From Nemertoderma westbladi (taxonomy: Eukaryota; Animalia; Xenacoelomorpha), in assembly GCA_032718475.1 (NCBI GenBank), contig JAUCBJ010006072.1, forward strand, positions 1 to 33,405: a DNA stretch of 33,405 nucleotides, in the 5' to 3' direction. The position numbers and the translations under genes are program-made. Of this stretch, positions 12,001 through 20,459 are shown piece by piece. The first letter of the stretch is position 1. The number at the start of each line of letters is the position of its first letter. The notes below the pieces were generated by a model. The model was not told the DNA's origin. It saw only the letters and a program-made list of their open reading frames with translations, and made no database searches.

Positions 12001-15000
12001 TGCCAGTTTAAAAGCATTGATAGCATCTGGACCCCTTGCTAAGATTTCGGCCGGCAACTCATCTTTTACATTCGATTTGAGTCGCCCTTCTGCAGCTAAT
12101 AATGATTCAGTCATGTTTTTAAACATTTCTTGTATATTTATGTTACTTTTTGCACTTGTTTCCAAGTATTTCATGTTAAACTTTTTTGCCATTTTCATTC
12201 CAGAGTTTGTAGAAATTTTACGGGTATTTTTGAGATCGCATTTATTTGCAATCAGAAATAATTTTACATGCGGATTTATATGTGGTTGTATGTCATCAAA
12301 CCATTTAGTGACACTGTCAAATGTTTCTCCTTGTGTGACATCATACACAATAAATATACCATTAGCACTTCTATAGTAGGATGCTGACAAAGCTCTGTAC
12401 CTCTCAGCCCCAGCAGTATCCCATATCTGAAGTTTGGTAGTACATCCATTTATATCTAAGACTTTAGCCTTTAATTCTATACCAATTGTTGATTTATATT
12501 CATCCACAAATTCGTCAGTAATAAACTGATGCAATAAACTACTCTTTCCACTCTCTGAATTTCCAACAAGAACAAGTTTTAAAATTGTATTGATAACTTC
12601 TACAGGATAAAATACTTCGACAGATTTCCCATCGTCATGATCTCTTGATAACCATCTATTAACCTCGAAAGTAACATTAGTATTCCTATAAATGTCTCGT
12701 ATGTTTACGGCTTGTAAGTACCACGATTTAGCTTTTATGCCGTTGTATTCATTTGTTACTATTACATTAAGTATTTCCTCTCCTAGATCGATTGATTGTA
12801 TGTTGAATGTCTGCTTGCTTCCTTTACTGAATGTCTGTTGTAGTTGAAATCGCCCTGACATTGCCTTGCTTCCCATTATTTCAAACCAAACAGTCGAATC
12901 TGTTCCAGCATTTTGTATACTCCCTGTTTCAACCTGGATTGCATATGGAATTGTATGCTCTGCTGCTTCTAGAATACTTTCAATTTTGTCGGCAATCCCT
13001 TTGACGCCATTTTCCCAGCTGTCGATTAGTTTATCAGTTAACGTCAGTGTTGCTGATTGCCTGCCAAGAAGGAGTTCACCTATCCAATCTGGCTGCTTAT
13101 AGGCATCAATTGGTATCGATTTATCCTGTACAGAGTGCTGAATCATGGCATGCAGAGCAATAACATAATTACCTGTTTGTAAAGCAAATTTTGTAAATAT
13201 TTCACACCAATTTATGAGGGTTGATTTTATTTGATTATTTGCGAGGTTTATTCCTTTTCCATATGATTTATTGTTATTTGGTGTGATCATAACTATTACA
13301 GGTTGGCAGATTTTCCCCACTTTGTGACCCATCCATTTCATCATCCAGTCGCCCATCAATTTATATTCCTCACTTTTTTTATCAATATTAACATCAGATG
13401 CCAGAATTGCTATGGATATTCCATATTTCTCTAGACTTTTTCCTAATTTGTTGACAATTGCAGCATCTTTTGTGCTGCATATTACATTGACACTCTTGTT
13501 CATTTTGTTTAGAGTAACTTCTTTATCTTTGGTTGGATTTGTCCTTCTGATATTTTCAACTATTTGTTTACTATCTGTCGTTTTTTGTAATAATGATAAA
13601 ATGGATGATTTTTTTGGCTCGTCTGCAGTTAAAGATCCAGCAAACTCTGGGAACTGATGTCCTAATTCCACCTCATTGAATTCTTCATTTAAACTCTCAT
13701 TTTGACTTTCAGCTTCATATTCGGCTGTTTTCTCAACACTAAAATCACTAATATTGTCATCGAAGCTTGCCCCTCTAAAATACCTAGGCATTCTTTCAAT
13801 TTGATCTCCAAACTTTTTTCTTTTATTAATTTTAGTTTCATTGTTTAGTTTTCTGAAATCTTCTTTTGAATGATTGTGTCTAGTTTGTAGTCCCACACCA
13901 ATGTTTCTGATTCCTTTACGGTCAGTATCAATGTTTCTATCTATACTGTCGATGCTTACATCACTAACATTATCATCAAAGCTTCCTCGTCTGTAGTATT
14001 GCCTGGCCTTAGCTGCTTCATGGTCATTTGATTCTTTCTTCCTATATGCCTTAATTTCGTCAATAAATGGCTGTCTCTCCTTTCGGATGGTTTCACGTTT
14101 TACCCTTTCTTCGTTTCTGTTTCTTTCTGTTCTTAGGATTTCTGCCTGCCTTTCCCTTTCCTCTATAAATCTATAATCACTGACAGGCGGACGATACGTC
14201 ACTTCTTGTTTACCTTTATTTCTTCTATGAGCTTTAGATCCGTCACCTTCTGTTTCTATTGTGTTTATTTTATCTTTAAATAAACTCTCACTCTGGTTGA
14301 TTTCAATATCTTCATTGTCCATTCCTTCATGTGTCCTTTTATGGTCCATATTGTATTGCTTTGAAATTGATGCTTGAGTGGCAACGTTCTCACTGATTTC
14401 ACTTTTATTTCCCCCAGCCATTCCTTTTCCGTTAGCTTGTTTGATTGGATTTAGTAGCTGAGGGAATGGGTCAGGTGTCTCATCTATCTTTGAATGTCCG
14501 ACCCACTCGCCATTTTCCACTTCCCATTCTATTGGTCCTGATGAAAATGAATATGACGTTTTAGACTGTTGATGTTTTGGTTGTGATGCTGAATCTGCAG
14601 CTGAAGATTCAGTTTGGTATGATCCAACATGGGCCGAATAAGTTTGGTGTGAACCAACATGGGCTGGTTGAGCTTGCTGAGAACCAACATGGGCTGATTG
14701 AGTTTGGTGTGAACCAACATGGGCTGGTTGAGTTTGCTGTGAACCAACATGGGCTGGTTGAGCTTGCTGAGAACCAACATGGGCTGATTGAGTTTGGTGT
14801 GAACCAACATGGGCTGGTTGAGTTTGCTGTGAACCAACATGGGCTGATTGAGTTTGGTGTGAACCAACATGGGCTGGTTGAGTTTGCTGTGAACCAACAT
14901 AGGCTGATTGAGTTTGCTGTGAACCAACATGGGCTGATTGAGTTTGCTGTGAACCAACATGGGCTGATTGAGTTTGCTGGGCATAGGGAGCATTCTCAGA

Positions 15001-15072
15001 AACAATTTCAAAGGACTTTTTTGATTTTTTAGATTTTGTCTTGCCCTTTTTGAGTTGTTCTGTTAATCCCAT
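9073..15072 (-). CDS. Single-exon 1999-aa Roco-family protein: TIR-like / PLAT / Rab / Roc / COR / TIR / CaaX
   Basis: Uninterrupted 6-kb ORF with an in-frame TAA two codons upstream of the ATG. Two sets of small-GTPase motifs, COR signatures (MGELMPLLWLKFE, LNFYHDLGTIIYY, LNPQWLIDVFKKII, LPDGLFNRL), a TIR, and C-terminal RCCAIL. A possible AATAAA lies at 8823-8828 on the minus strand. Confidence 0.95.
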   Translation of the reverse strand: MGLTEQLKKGKTKSKKSKKSFEIVSENAPYAQQTQSAHVGSQQTQSAHVGSQQTQSAYVGSQQTQPAHVGSHQTQSAHVGSQQTQPAHVGSHQTQSAHVGSQQAQPAHVGSQQTQPAHVGSHQTQSAHVGSQQAQPAHVGSHQTYSAHVGSYQTESSAADSASQPKHQQSKTSYSFSSGPIEWEVENGEWVGHSKIDETPDPFPQLLNPIKQANGKGMAGGNKSEISENVATQASISKQYNMDHKRTHEGMDNEDIEINQSESLFKDKINTIETEGDGSKAHRRNKGKQEVTYRPPVSDYRFIEERERQAEILRTERNRNEERVKRETIRKERQPFIDEIKAYRKKESNDHEAAKARQYYRRGSFDDNVSDVSIDSIDRNIDTDRKGIRNIGVGLQTRHNHSKEDFRKLNNETKINKRKKFGDQIERMPRYFRGASFDDNISDFSVEKTAEYEAESQNESLNEEFNEVELGHQFPEFAGSLTADEPKKSSILSLLQKTTDSKQIVENIRRTNPTKDKEVTLNKMNKSVNVICSTKDAAIVNKLGKSLEKYGISIAILASDVNIDKKSEEYKLMGDWMMKWMGHKVGKICQPVIVMITPNNNKSYGKGINLANNQIKSTLINWCEIFTKFALQTGNYVIALHAMIQHSVQDKSIPIDAYKQPDWIGELLLGRQSATLTLTDKLIDSWENGVKGIADKIESILEAAEHTIPYAIQVETGSIQNAGTDSTVWFEIMGSKAMSGRFQLQQTFSKGSKQTFNIQSIDLGEEILNVIVTNEYNGIKAKSWYLQAVNIRDIYRNTNVTFEVNRWLSRDHDDGKSVEVFYPVEVINTILKLVLVGNSESGKSSLLHQFITDEFVDEYKSTIGIELKAKVLDINGCTTKLQIWDTAGAERYRALSASYYRSANGIFIVYDVTQGETFDSVTKWFDDIQPHINPHVKLFLIANKCDLKNTRKISTNSGMKMAKKFNMKYLETSAKSNINIQEMFKNMTESLLAAEGRLKSNVKDELPAEILARGPDAINAFKLALNNGTKPIFRTRLMLVGQDRAGKTSLKNSLMGEKFNPNEISTDGITVNDNCEIDVSDWQPWQSNNTKEADNKTTNLEDEYNRRLAYLVAKEIIKKKQEFLSKVSRVSKTASASINEDAKSSLQNDENQDIQYGDNHEKEHIQSSESESSIAIDDGPVSTQQISRLLVESQVKEEDIYDSRVDIPDRVKELLIEMLDQEQQSDIYTEMAEESDKITLSIWDFAGQSVYYATHQVFLTYRAVYVIVFNLTDDLEAPAQTLQRRGPCGTDDDPDSQFVHHEMRNIDFIDFWMKSIYAFTSKQTGKQRKCIGKDKYVETPPIFIVGTHRASLHSSPEEQNKMARQKFKLIKEMIARKSYAMHLVNECYAVENHIENGSDQEVIKLRQHIQDISKQQQYMGELMPLLWLKFENAIQKIHYQNFANIDKVRDIANKVGITSDTTFLTMLNFYHDLGTIIYYGGLGATDDSLRNTVILNPQWLIDVFKKIITIADIDNEWVALRPYWENLDDNGILDEPLLDHMWNSIISQKSTLIALMEKFDLMCEKLPPKQKSILPYRSFYIPARMKVPNKKIFIPHSESDIIFHIIFDGFLPDGLFNRLSVRAVKWSQDQGSSEPKLYHRVVRFYIDDEHDCILEMAPIRLARIKVSIVRVSVISDDGEISVNKGKTPKPEAFAAVRHFIESTLNDFKHLWVKNISYMTAVACPCETECEFHKVEHCPEMECIHFLDMEESLEKKVMLCGHNRVSTHKFRQWVPQERPIPSEPQERKIKTRDSTKEIFLSYNWKIQENVKQLKEQLEKQGITCWMDIGQMGGGDKLFGRIDEGISNCKVFIPCISKGYLTSRYCVTEGQLAFERKKKIMPLLFESQKTCCSNAGWPPKGELAIPFSGTVFMEFCNSFTTHGSHGNYNKHNNLDNDVRVTQLVQNIKMHLETDELGCFDKKSMMQLSDQIDLQNEAIFGYGEAQAEGIAFRKASRCCAIL
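9230..9687 (-). other. C-terminal TIR domain (TIR_2-like), from aa ~1796
   Basis: EIFLSYNW...VKQLKEQLEKQGITCWMDIGQMGGGDKLFGRIDEGISNCKVFIPCISKGYLTSRYCVTEGQLAFERKKKIMPL; Glu1867 at 9472-9474. End boundary approximate. Confidence 0.92.
9900..10818 (-). other. COR (C-terminal of Roc) domain
   Basis: MGELMPLLWLKFE start, FYHDLGTIIY, VILNPQWLIDVF, FYIPARM, FLPDGLFNRL; directly follows Roc. Confidence 0.88.
10830..11975 (-). other. Roc GTPase domain with a long insertion between switch I and G3
   Basis: RLMLVGQDRAGKTSL (P-loop 11926-11952), ISTDGI, IWDFAGQSVYYATHQVFLT (W at 11344-11346), IFIVGTHRA, YAVEN. Confidence 0.92.
12097..12582 (-). other. Embedded Rab-family GTPase domain (Rab1/Rab8-like motifs), aa ~831-992
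   Basis: GNSESGKS, YKSTIGIEL (RabF1-like), KLQIW (RabF2) DTAGAE, RYRALS (RabF3-like), YYRSA (RabF4-like), IVYDVT (RabF5), NKCD, ETSAK. Confidence 0.95.
12604..12945 (-). other. PLAT/LH2 domain, aa ~710-823
   Basis: YAIQVETGSIQNAGTDSTVWFEIMG...FSKGSKQTF...DLGE...WYLQAVNIRD...FEVNRWLSRDHDDG matches the PLAT pattern. Confidence 0.92.
12970..13494 (-). other. Degenerate TIR-like domain, aa ~527-701
   Basis: SVNVICSTKDAAIVNKLGKSLEKYGISIAI aligns by eye to TIR betaA-alphaA-betaB; CQPVIVMITPNNNKS to betaC; NWCEIFTKFALQTGNYVIAL to the WCxxE helix and betaD; PDWIGELLLGR and WENGVKGIADKI to the C-terminal part. Confidence 0.65.
14621..14980 (-). repeat. Coding 30-bp minisatellite x 12 (QQTQSAHVGS-type decapeptide)
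   Basis: gaaccaacatgggctgattgagtttgctgt-type units at exact 30-bp spacing, unit starts 14621 to 14951. Confidence 0.97.
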
Positions 15073-15992
15073 TGATTAATTCTTTATTATTCTGCCTTTT
15101 ATTCTAGGCAAATTAAGTTTATATTAAGTTTAAAAACTTTAAATAAAATTTCACTCAGTTCAGTATTCTTGTTTAATTAAAATTATAAAAATTATTGTAA
15201 GTTTTATAAATTAATGTATCTTAATTATTTTCCAATAAGATGATGTTATGAAAGTAATTAATTGTTGGCTCAATAATGTTTTATATTATGTGTTGGAATT
15301 TGGCATAGCAACAATATAAATGTATTATCCCGAACCAACTATATATTAGCAATGCTGTTGAATCAATGAATATTTCCAACACTTGATATTTAAAAAATCT
15401 CTATTTAAGAATTCATTGAATATTTCTGAAGGTATGCGATTGCTTGTGGATGATATATAGTTTGGAAATGTACCAAATAACCTCAATTACACCCTTTTTT
15501 ATTAATAAAGTCATGGCAAGTTTGTTCATTCGGTCAATTATATACCAATTGATATGACTCTAGAAGCCCGGTATCTATTATTCCTGTCAACCAATATTTA
15601 CCATTCTCAAACATAGTTTAGGTGTCATTGCATGCATATACAGAATAGACTCATTTGTGGGGACTCAAACATGTAGCTGTGTCCTGCAGCTGAAAGCTAC
15701 ATTGACTGACATTGTGGTAGTAGAACATGTGTGTACTGGGGTCGTATTCTTATTTTTCACTAGCCCCTTCTAGTCACACTAGATATCACTAAATTTAAGC
15801 TAGATTTAGTGCGAAGTTTGTGCTATTTAGTCAGACTACCTATGGCTTAGTGAGATGAGATCTAACGATGCGGCGCCAGACCTGACTAAAGTTAATTTTA
15901 ATGAAACCGAACTGAGACACTTTTAATTAGGAAGGCTCGAGGCTATTTGATTAATAAGTGTACGTGGTAATGGTGAAAAATTACGAGACTTG

Positions 15993-16052
15993 AAAAATAT
16001 CGAGTGTAAAAATATCGAAAGTAAAAATATCGAGAGTAAAAATATCGCGAGT
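15993..16052. repeat. 15-bp tandem repeat x 4 (aaaaatatcgagagt)
   Basis: Direct reading; may be a subterminal repeat of a decayed DNA transposon. Confidence 0.8.
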
Positions 16053-16440
16053 ATGGCGAAATCTTGCTGAAATAAATATATATAATAATACTAATAATTA
16101 CGTACGGTAACGGGCCTAACTTCCTAATTCATATCATCAGCAATCAGTTCCAGATCAAGCTATTCCAGTACACAGGCAAACAGGCCTATTACTGTAGCTA
16201 ACCCGCTATTAGATATATGTGACAGGTACGGTTCCCGGTAGGTTTCCCTACATAGTTTGATTATACAGTACAGCAGTACACAACAAATGATACGCCTACC
16301 TGATAAGAAATTAATATTTAATTTCGCGACAATTTTATTCAATAATTTAGGAAATTTTCTTATAGAAAAGCAACGCGTGGCTAATTTTATCTAAAAGTTT
16401 GTACCCGGTGTTATTTTTTAGTGCTCTTTCTATTTTCGAA

Positions 16441-16510
16441 TGTGTTCGATTGTGTTCGGCAGTTTTTGGATTGTGTTCGGGTGTGTTCTTGTGTGTTCGC
16501 TTGTGTTCTG
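16441..16510. repeat. Degenerate 10-bp tandem repeat (tgtgttcgat-like)
   Basis: tgtgttc recurs six times at 10-bp multiples. Confidence 0.7.
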
Positions 16511-17321
16511 TAAAAAGAACTATCCTTCAACCAGATAGATATTTAAATTACAAATATGCTGGATCCTGGAGAGAGTAATCCCATATGACTAAATGACATT
16601 TCCTATGTCAGGCTAAGGTACTCTAACATCACTCATGATGGTATGATATAAAATTTGTGTATGAATTATGGACATTATAGACAAACAGGCAAACCAAATA
16701 CAATTATATATTATAAATACAACCATATACAATTTCAAATTTACCGCACTTTTTGCCCTATTATAGTCTCTATTAGCAGTTTTGGTGGAGGACTTAAAAG
16801 TTGTATATTTCGATATATGTAAATAGTGTTAAACGGTAAAAAACAGTAATGGTCAGTAAAAGTAATTGGTTTGTTAGACTCACAATAGTTAACTGATTTT
16901 AAAGTAATACGTAACACTTATAATTTACTATATTAAATATTAGCAGCGATTTCTAGGTGTCTATAATCCGTCTAAATCTGATACTTTGCGAATAAGTACT
17001 AGAACTAAAGCTGTGTCTTTCTGTCTAGCCCTATCCATATGCATTTCTTCAGACTAGAGGGCGATATATGTGAAAGTGAATCTTCTCGCATGTCATTGTT
17101 TATAATCCGTTCAAGCTGAAACTTGCAGAAGATATCTGCTGCCGTTGGTTCTGAGGCTGCATATTTGGTTGGCCTAAAGGGGTGGATAAAGACAGGGGAA
17201 GCCTTAGACCAAGTAATTTAACGAGTTATCAACTGTATGGAACTCGTTGATCGAGGTGTTGTGTTGTAGGGCCGGCGGGTGGTCCATCCTAGTGGATGTG
17301 GCCCGTGTTGGAGTGTTTGGG

Positions 17322-17692
17322 ATAGTACTGTACTCGAATCTGGACCGAACTGGTCCGAACTGAACCGAACTGGATCGAAAGAGTTGCGAACTGGACCGAA
17401 CTGGACCGCCAAATGGAAGATAATCTAAAAATAACCATACCGGTAGGTAGGCTGGTAAAAGCAGTACATAGTTGTTTTATGTGAAGTAAGAAATCTTAAT
17501 TTAGCGACATCTTATAAGCAACTAAATTTACAATGTATGAAAAGACCAAATGAAATACAATATTAATTTTCACCTGTCTGCATGGATGGTTGTTTTTAGA
17601 TTATCTTTCTTTTGGCGGTCCAGTTCGGTCCAGTTCGCCACACTTTCGATCCTGTTCGGTTCAGTTCGGTCCAGATTCGAGTACAGTACTAT
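17322..17692. mobile_element. ~370-bp MITE with ~115-bp terminal inverted repeats containing 10-bp subrepeats (ggaccgaact)
   Basis: atagtactgtactcgaatctggaccgaact...gccaaa..gaagataatctaaaaataacca is mirrored by tggttgtttttagattatct...agttcggtccagattcgagtacagtactat; probable TA target, exact end ambiguous. Confidence 0.88.
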
Positions 17693-18030
17693 ACGAGTGT
17701 TTGTATGTTGACAACTTTTTTTTTTTTTCGTAAAACTTTTGTTTACACTGGGTACGCGGAGTCTCGAAGTTGGCTGATCGCCTTTTTTCGGCTATGCCTT
17801 AACTGACCCTGTCCATAAAAGCTGACGTCCCCAGTATCGTTAAGAATGCCGTGCCGTGGATACTAAAACTAATATTATTTAAGGGTATAACAATTAATTA
17901 GTAACATTTGACATTCATATAATTTACTGTGAAATAAGGGTGATACTGGTAACACCAAAGATGGTAATCTAATATTTGTTATATAATTGTATAATAATCT
18001 ATCCATTTATATTATTTCCGATCTATATTA

Positions 18031-18960
18031 TTATCTGTATGTATATCCACTACCAATAGTATAAATTACATGAATTACTTTTGAAATTTGGTTGGCAAGG
18101 CGCTCTTGATTTGTGTAAATGAAGGCCTCAGGTAATCTCCGTAACTGTTCATAAGATTTCTCCCCCATCAGTTGAATTATCCGAAGATTTCTGCGAGGTT
18201 TCGGGCATTCCATGACTGATCTGCGTTCTTCCTTATCAATCACACCCTTTTCCTGGAGTTGATAAAGTAAAACGCGATTGGTAATCATTTTATCTAGTAA
18301 CACGGGTCTTAGAACTGTAAGTATCTTAACTGGGAAGCTCATTGACTCTGGTGCGTATCGAATAACATGTCTGATACGGATCTCGATATCGTCGACAGAC
18401 GGCATCAATTGCATCAACCAACTACTCGGATCTGGTTCCACTCTTTCGGGTGGTAGCCCGGTGGATGGTTGCTCTACCAACTGTGGTAGCCCGGTGGTGG
18501 ATGGTCCCCCTACCAACTGTGGTAGCACGGTGAAGTTCTTCCCTAGTGGGTGATCTCCTCCATTCCTGTTCGGATCATTTACAAGAATACAATTCAATTG
18601 AGTTCGGTCTATGTCGATTTGGTTGAGTGCATCACAGAATTTAACAACACCGTTATCGTTATTAAACTCAATGTAGTAACTAAAGGAGTACGTATTTTCT
18701 ATTTTTACACAAAAAGGGAAGCCCATAAATTCATCCTCACCTGTGATTATTGAAGTAATGGTTTCAGACTCCGGAAAGAATTCCACAATGGTTCCTTTAT
18801 TTGTCGTTTTCATTTGATTCCAACATAGCGACATTCGACTTTTGATGTTTCCGCCTTCAAAAGTAATCCTCAATGGCTGATCAATATCGATAACTACCTT
18901 TAACAAATCATTTAGAGCTACAATACATTTCGCTGTATCCGAAAGGGTATGGGAGGCCAT
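18031..18960 (-). CDS. Intronless 309-aa protein with C-terminal CARD (death fold) and unassigned N-terminal globular domain
   Basis: ATG at 18960 in a strong Kozak context (aacaccATGG); the track's TTG start is unlikely. KILTVLRPVLLDKM...LLYQLQEKGVIDKEERRSV...RNLRIIQLMGEKSYEQLRRLPEAFIYTNQERLANQI (~18085-18327) follows the CARD helix pattern. Pro-rich duplicated linker at ~18450-18530. Confidence 0.78.
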   Translation of the reverse strand: MASHTLSDTAKCIVALNDLLKVVIDIDQPLRITFEGGNIKSRMSLCWNQMKTTNKGTIVEFFPESETITSIITGEDEFMGFPFCVKIENTYSFSYYIEFNNDNGVVKFCDALNQIDIDRTQLNCILVNDPNRNGGDHPLGKNFTVLPQLVGGPSTTGLPQLVEQPSTGLPPERVEPDPSSWLMQLMPSVDDIEIRIRHVIRYAPESMSFPVKILTVLRPVLLDKMITNRVLLYQLQEKGVIDKEERRSVMECPKPRRNLRIIQLMGEKSYEQLRRLPEAFIYTNQERLANQISKVIHVIYTIGSGYTYR

Positions 18961-19200
18961 GGTGTTGATAAGGTCCAAATGAATTACAATAACTCAAAAC
19001 TAACTTCAGTAACCAACGGCACCTTCATTTAAAATGTTACTTATATTTAATTTTTAGTGGTCTAAAATGTAAAATGTTTCTAATTATTCAAATATAATTA
19101 TTATCACAATTAATATAAGGGTAAAACTAACAAGCTATCAACAATCAATAATTACAAAACATTCTAGAACAATTGCATCTAAATTTCCATGTTCATGTTA

Positions 19201-19509
19201 AGGCCTGTTTACACGTGGCAACTTTACTAGCAACTTTACCAGCAATTTGACCGGCAACTTTTAGAGCAACTTGGCTAGTTTGACTGTAAAATAGTGGGTA
19301 ATTTTATCTACTAGCTAGTTTTTGATAATTTAATTTCATTATCCCGCTTTAATTCGCCAACGCAAATTCCTTCAAGTTGCCGTAAAAGTTGAGCAACTTT
19401 TACGGCCACTTTTTTACGTGTTTACACGGAGCAACTTGATCGGCAACCTGGGTTGCTCTACAAGTTGCATAGAAAGTTGCTCTAAAAGTTGCCACGTGTA
19501 AACAGGCCT
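19201..19509. mobile_element. PIF/Harbinger (Tourist-like) MITE, 309 bp
   Basis: Perfect 25-bp TIR aggcctgtttacacgtggcaacttt; TTA target duplication at 19198-19200 and 19510-19512; many internal gcaact/agttgc motifs. Confidence 0.93.
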
Positions 19510-19858
19510 TTAGTTAGTGATTTTCAGTTTCATTTTATAAGTTTGAAAATGGTTTGAACCATGACTTACAGACTTCCAGACTTTAGCAATAACAGAATAG
19601 GGCAATACTGCAGTAAGGTACGCCTAAACTGACTAAAAAGTTTTATTTAATTATATGGTAGAATGTTTTTTAAAATATTTACAAATATAATATTATAGAT
19701 TTAAAAGGGGGATACACAATTAGAGCTGATAATATATTTACAGTCAGAAAAACGGCGGGGGGGGGGAATATTTTCTTGCTAAAGATGAGAGCCTTAATTG
19801 CTGAGTAATTGTGATTGTAATTGTGAGTAATTGTAATTGTGAGTGATTGTGAGTAACT

Positions 19859-20229
19859 TAATTGCTGACCACCTTACACGGAGCAACTTTTTTTGAAAAA
19901 CTATTTATTATTTCTTAACGAAAAAATCTCTAAAATTATTTTGAGTTACGTGTTAAGTTTCCCTAATGTCCAGTTTCCATTTGTCATACCAATACTCGTC
20001 ATCATTCATTCATTATCATGTAATCAGTCCACAATATTTTACAGAACATAAATCAATAGTCAAAACAGCTATAAAACAGCTATGAAAATAGGCAGAACAA
20101 TGATATTATATCTCCCCATGTATATTATAATACATTTTCATTCAAGCAATCAGAGTAGCAATAATTATACTGATAAGTAATAATTATTAAATTCTCTACT
20201 ACACCCCCCCCCCCCCCCCCCCCCCCCCC
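19859..20229. repeat. ~370-bp dispersed module ending in C26, copy 1
   Basis: Nearly identical to 24541-24908; starts taattgctgaccaccttacacggagcaact. Confidence 0.93.
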
Positions 20230-20459
20230 TACCTTACCTCAGAGTAGCAATAATTATACTAAATAAGTAATAATTATTAAATTCTCTTAATAATTAATAA
20301 CTTAATTCTTAATTAGTTATAGTTATCTTTAAATTGATGTCTCCAAATATGCCTTGTTAATTTTTATTCGTTTGATTCAGTGTGTCGTGCTTTTTGATAT
20401 TAATGGCTTCAAGTCAACTTCCTGAATCTTTGGTGACCTCAGTTTCATTTCTATATAAC

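Noticed and set aside
9057-15032. Overlapping short ORFs (11801-12376, 14529-15011, 14577-15032 and others)
   Set aside because: Antisense or alternate-frame shadows of the Roco ORF and its 30-bp repeat.
9073-15072. Calling the gene LRRK1/2, MFHAS1, DAPK1 or a plain Rab
   Set aside because: No LRR, ankyrin, kinase or death domain is visible and the Rab is an internal domain; no gene symbol is justified.
17218-17806. Two similar 64-aa ORFs (MAVQFGPVR...) on opposite strands
   Set aside because: They are the two arms of the MITE inverted repeat, with TTG starts.
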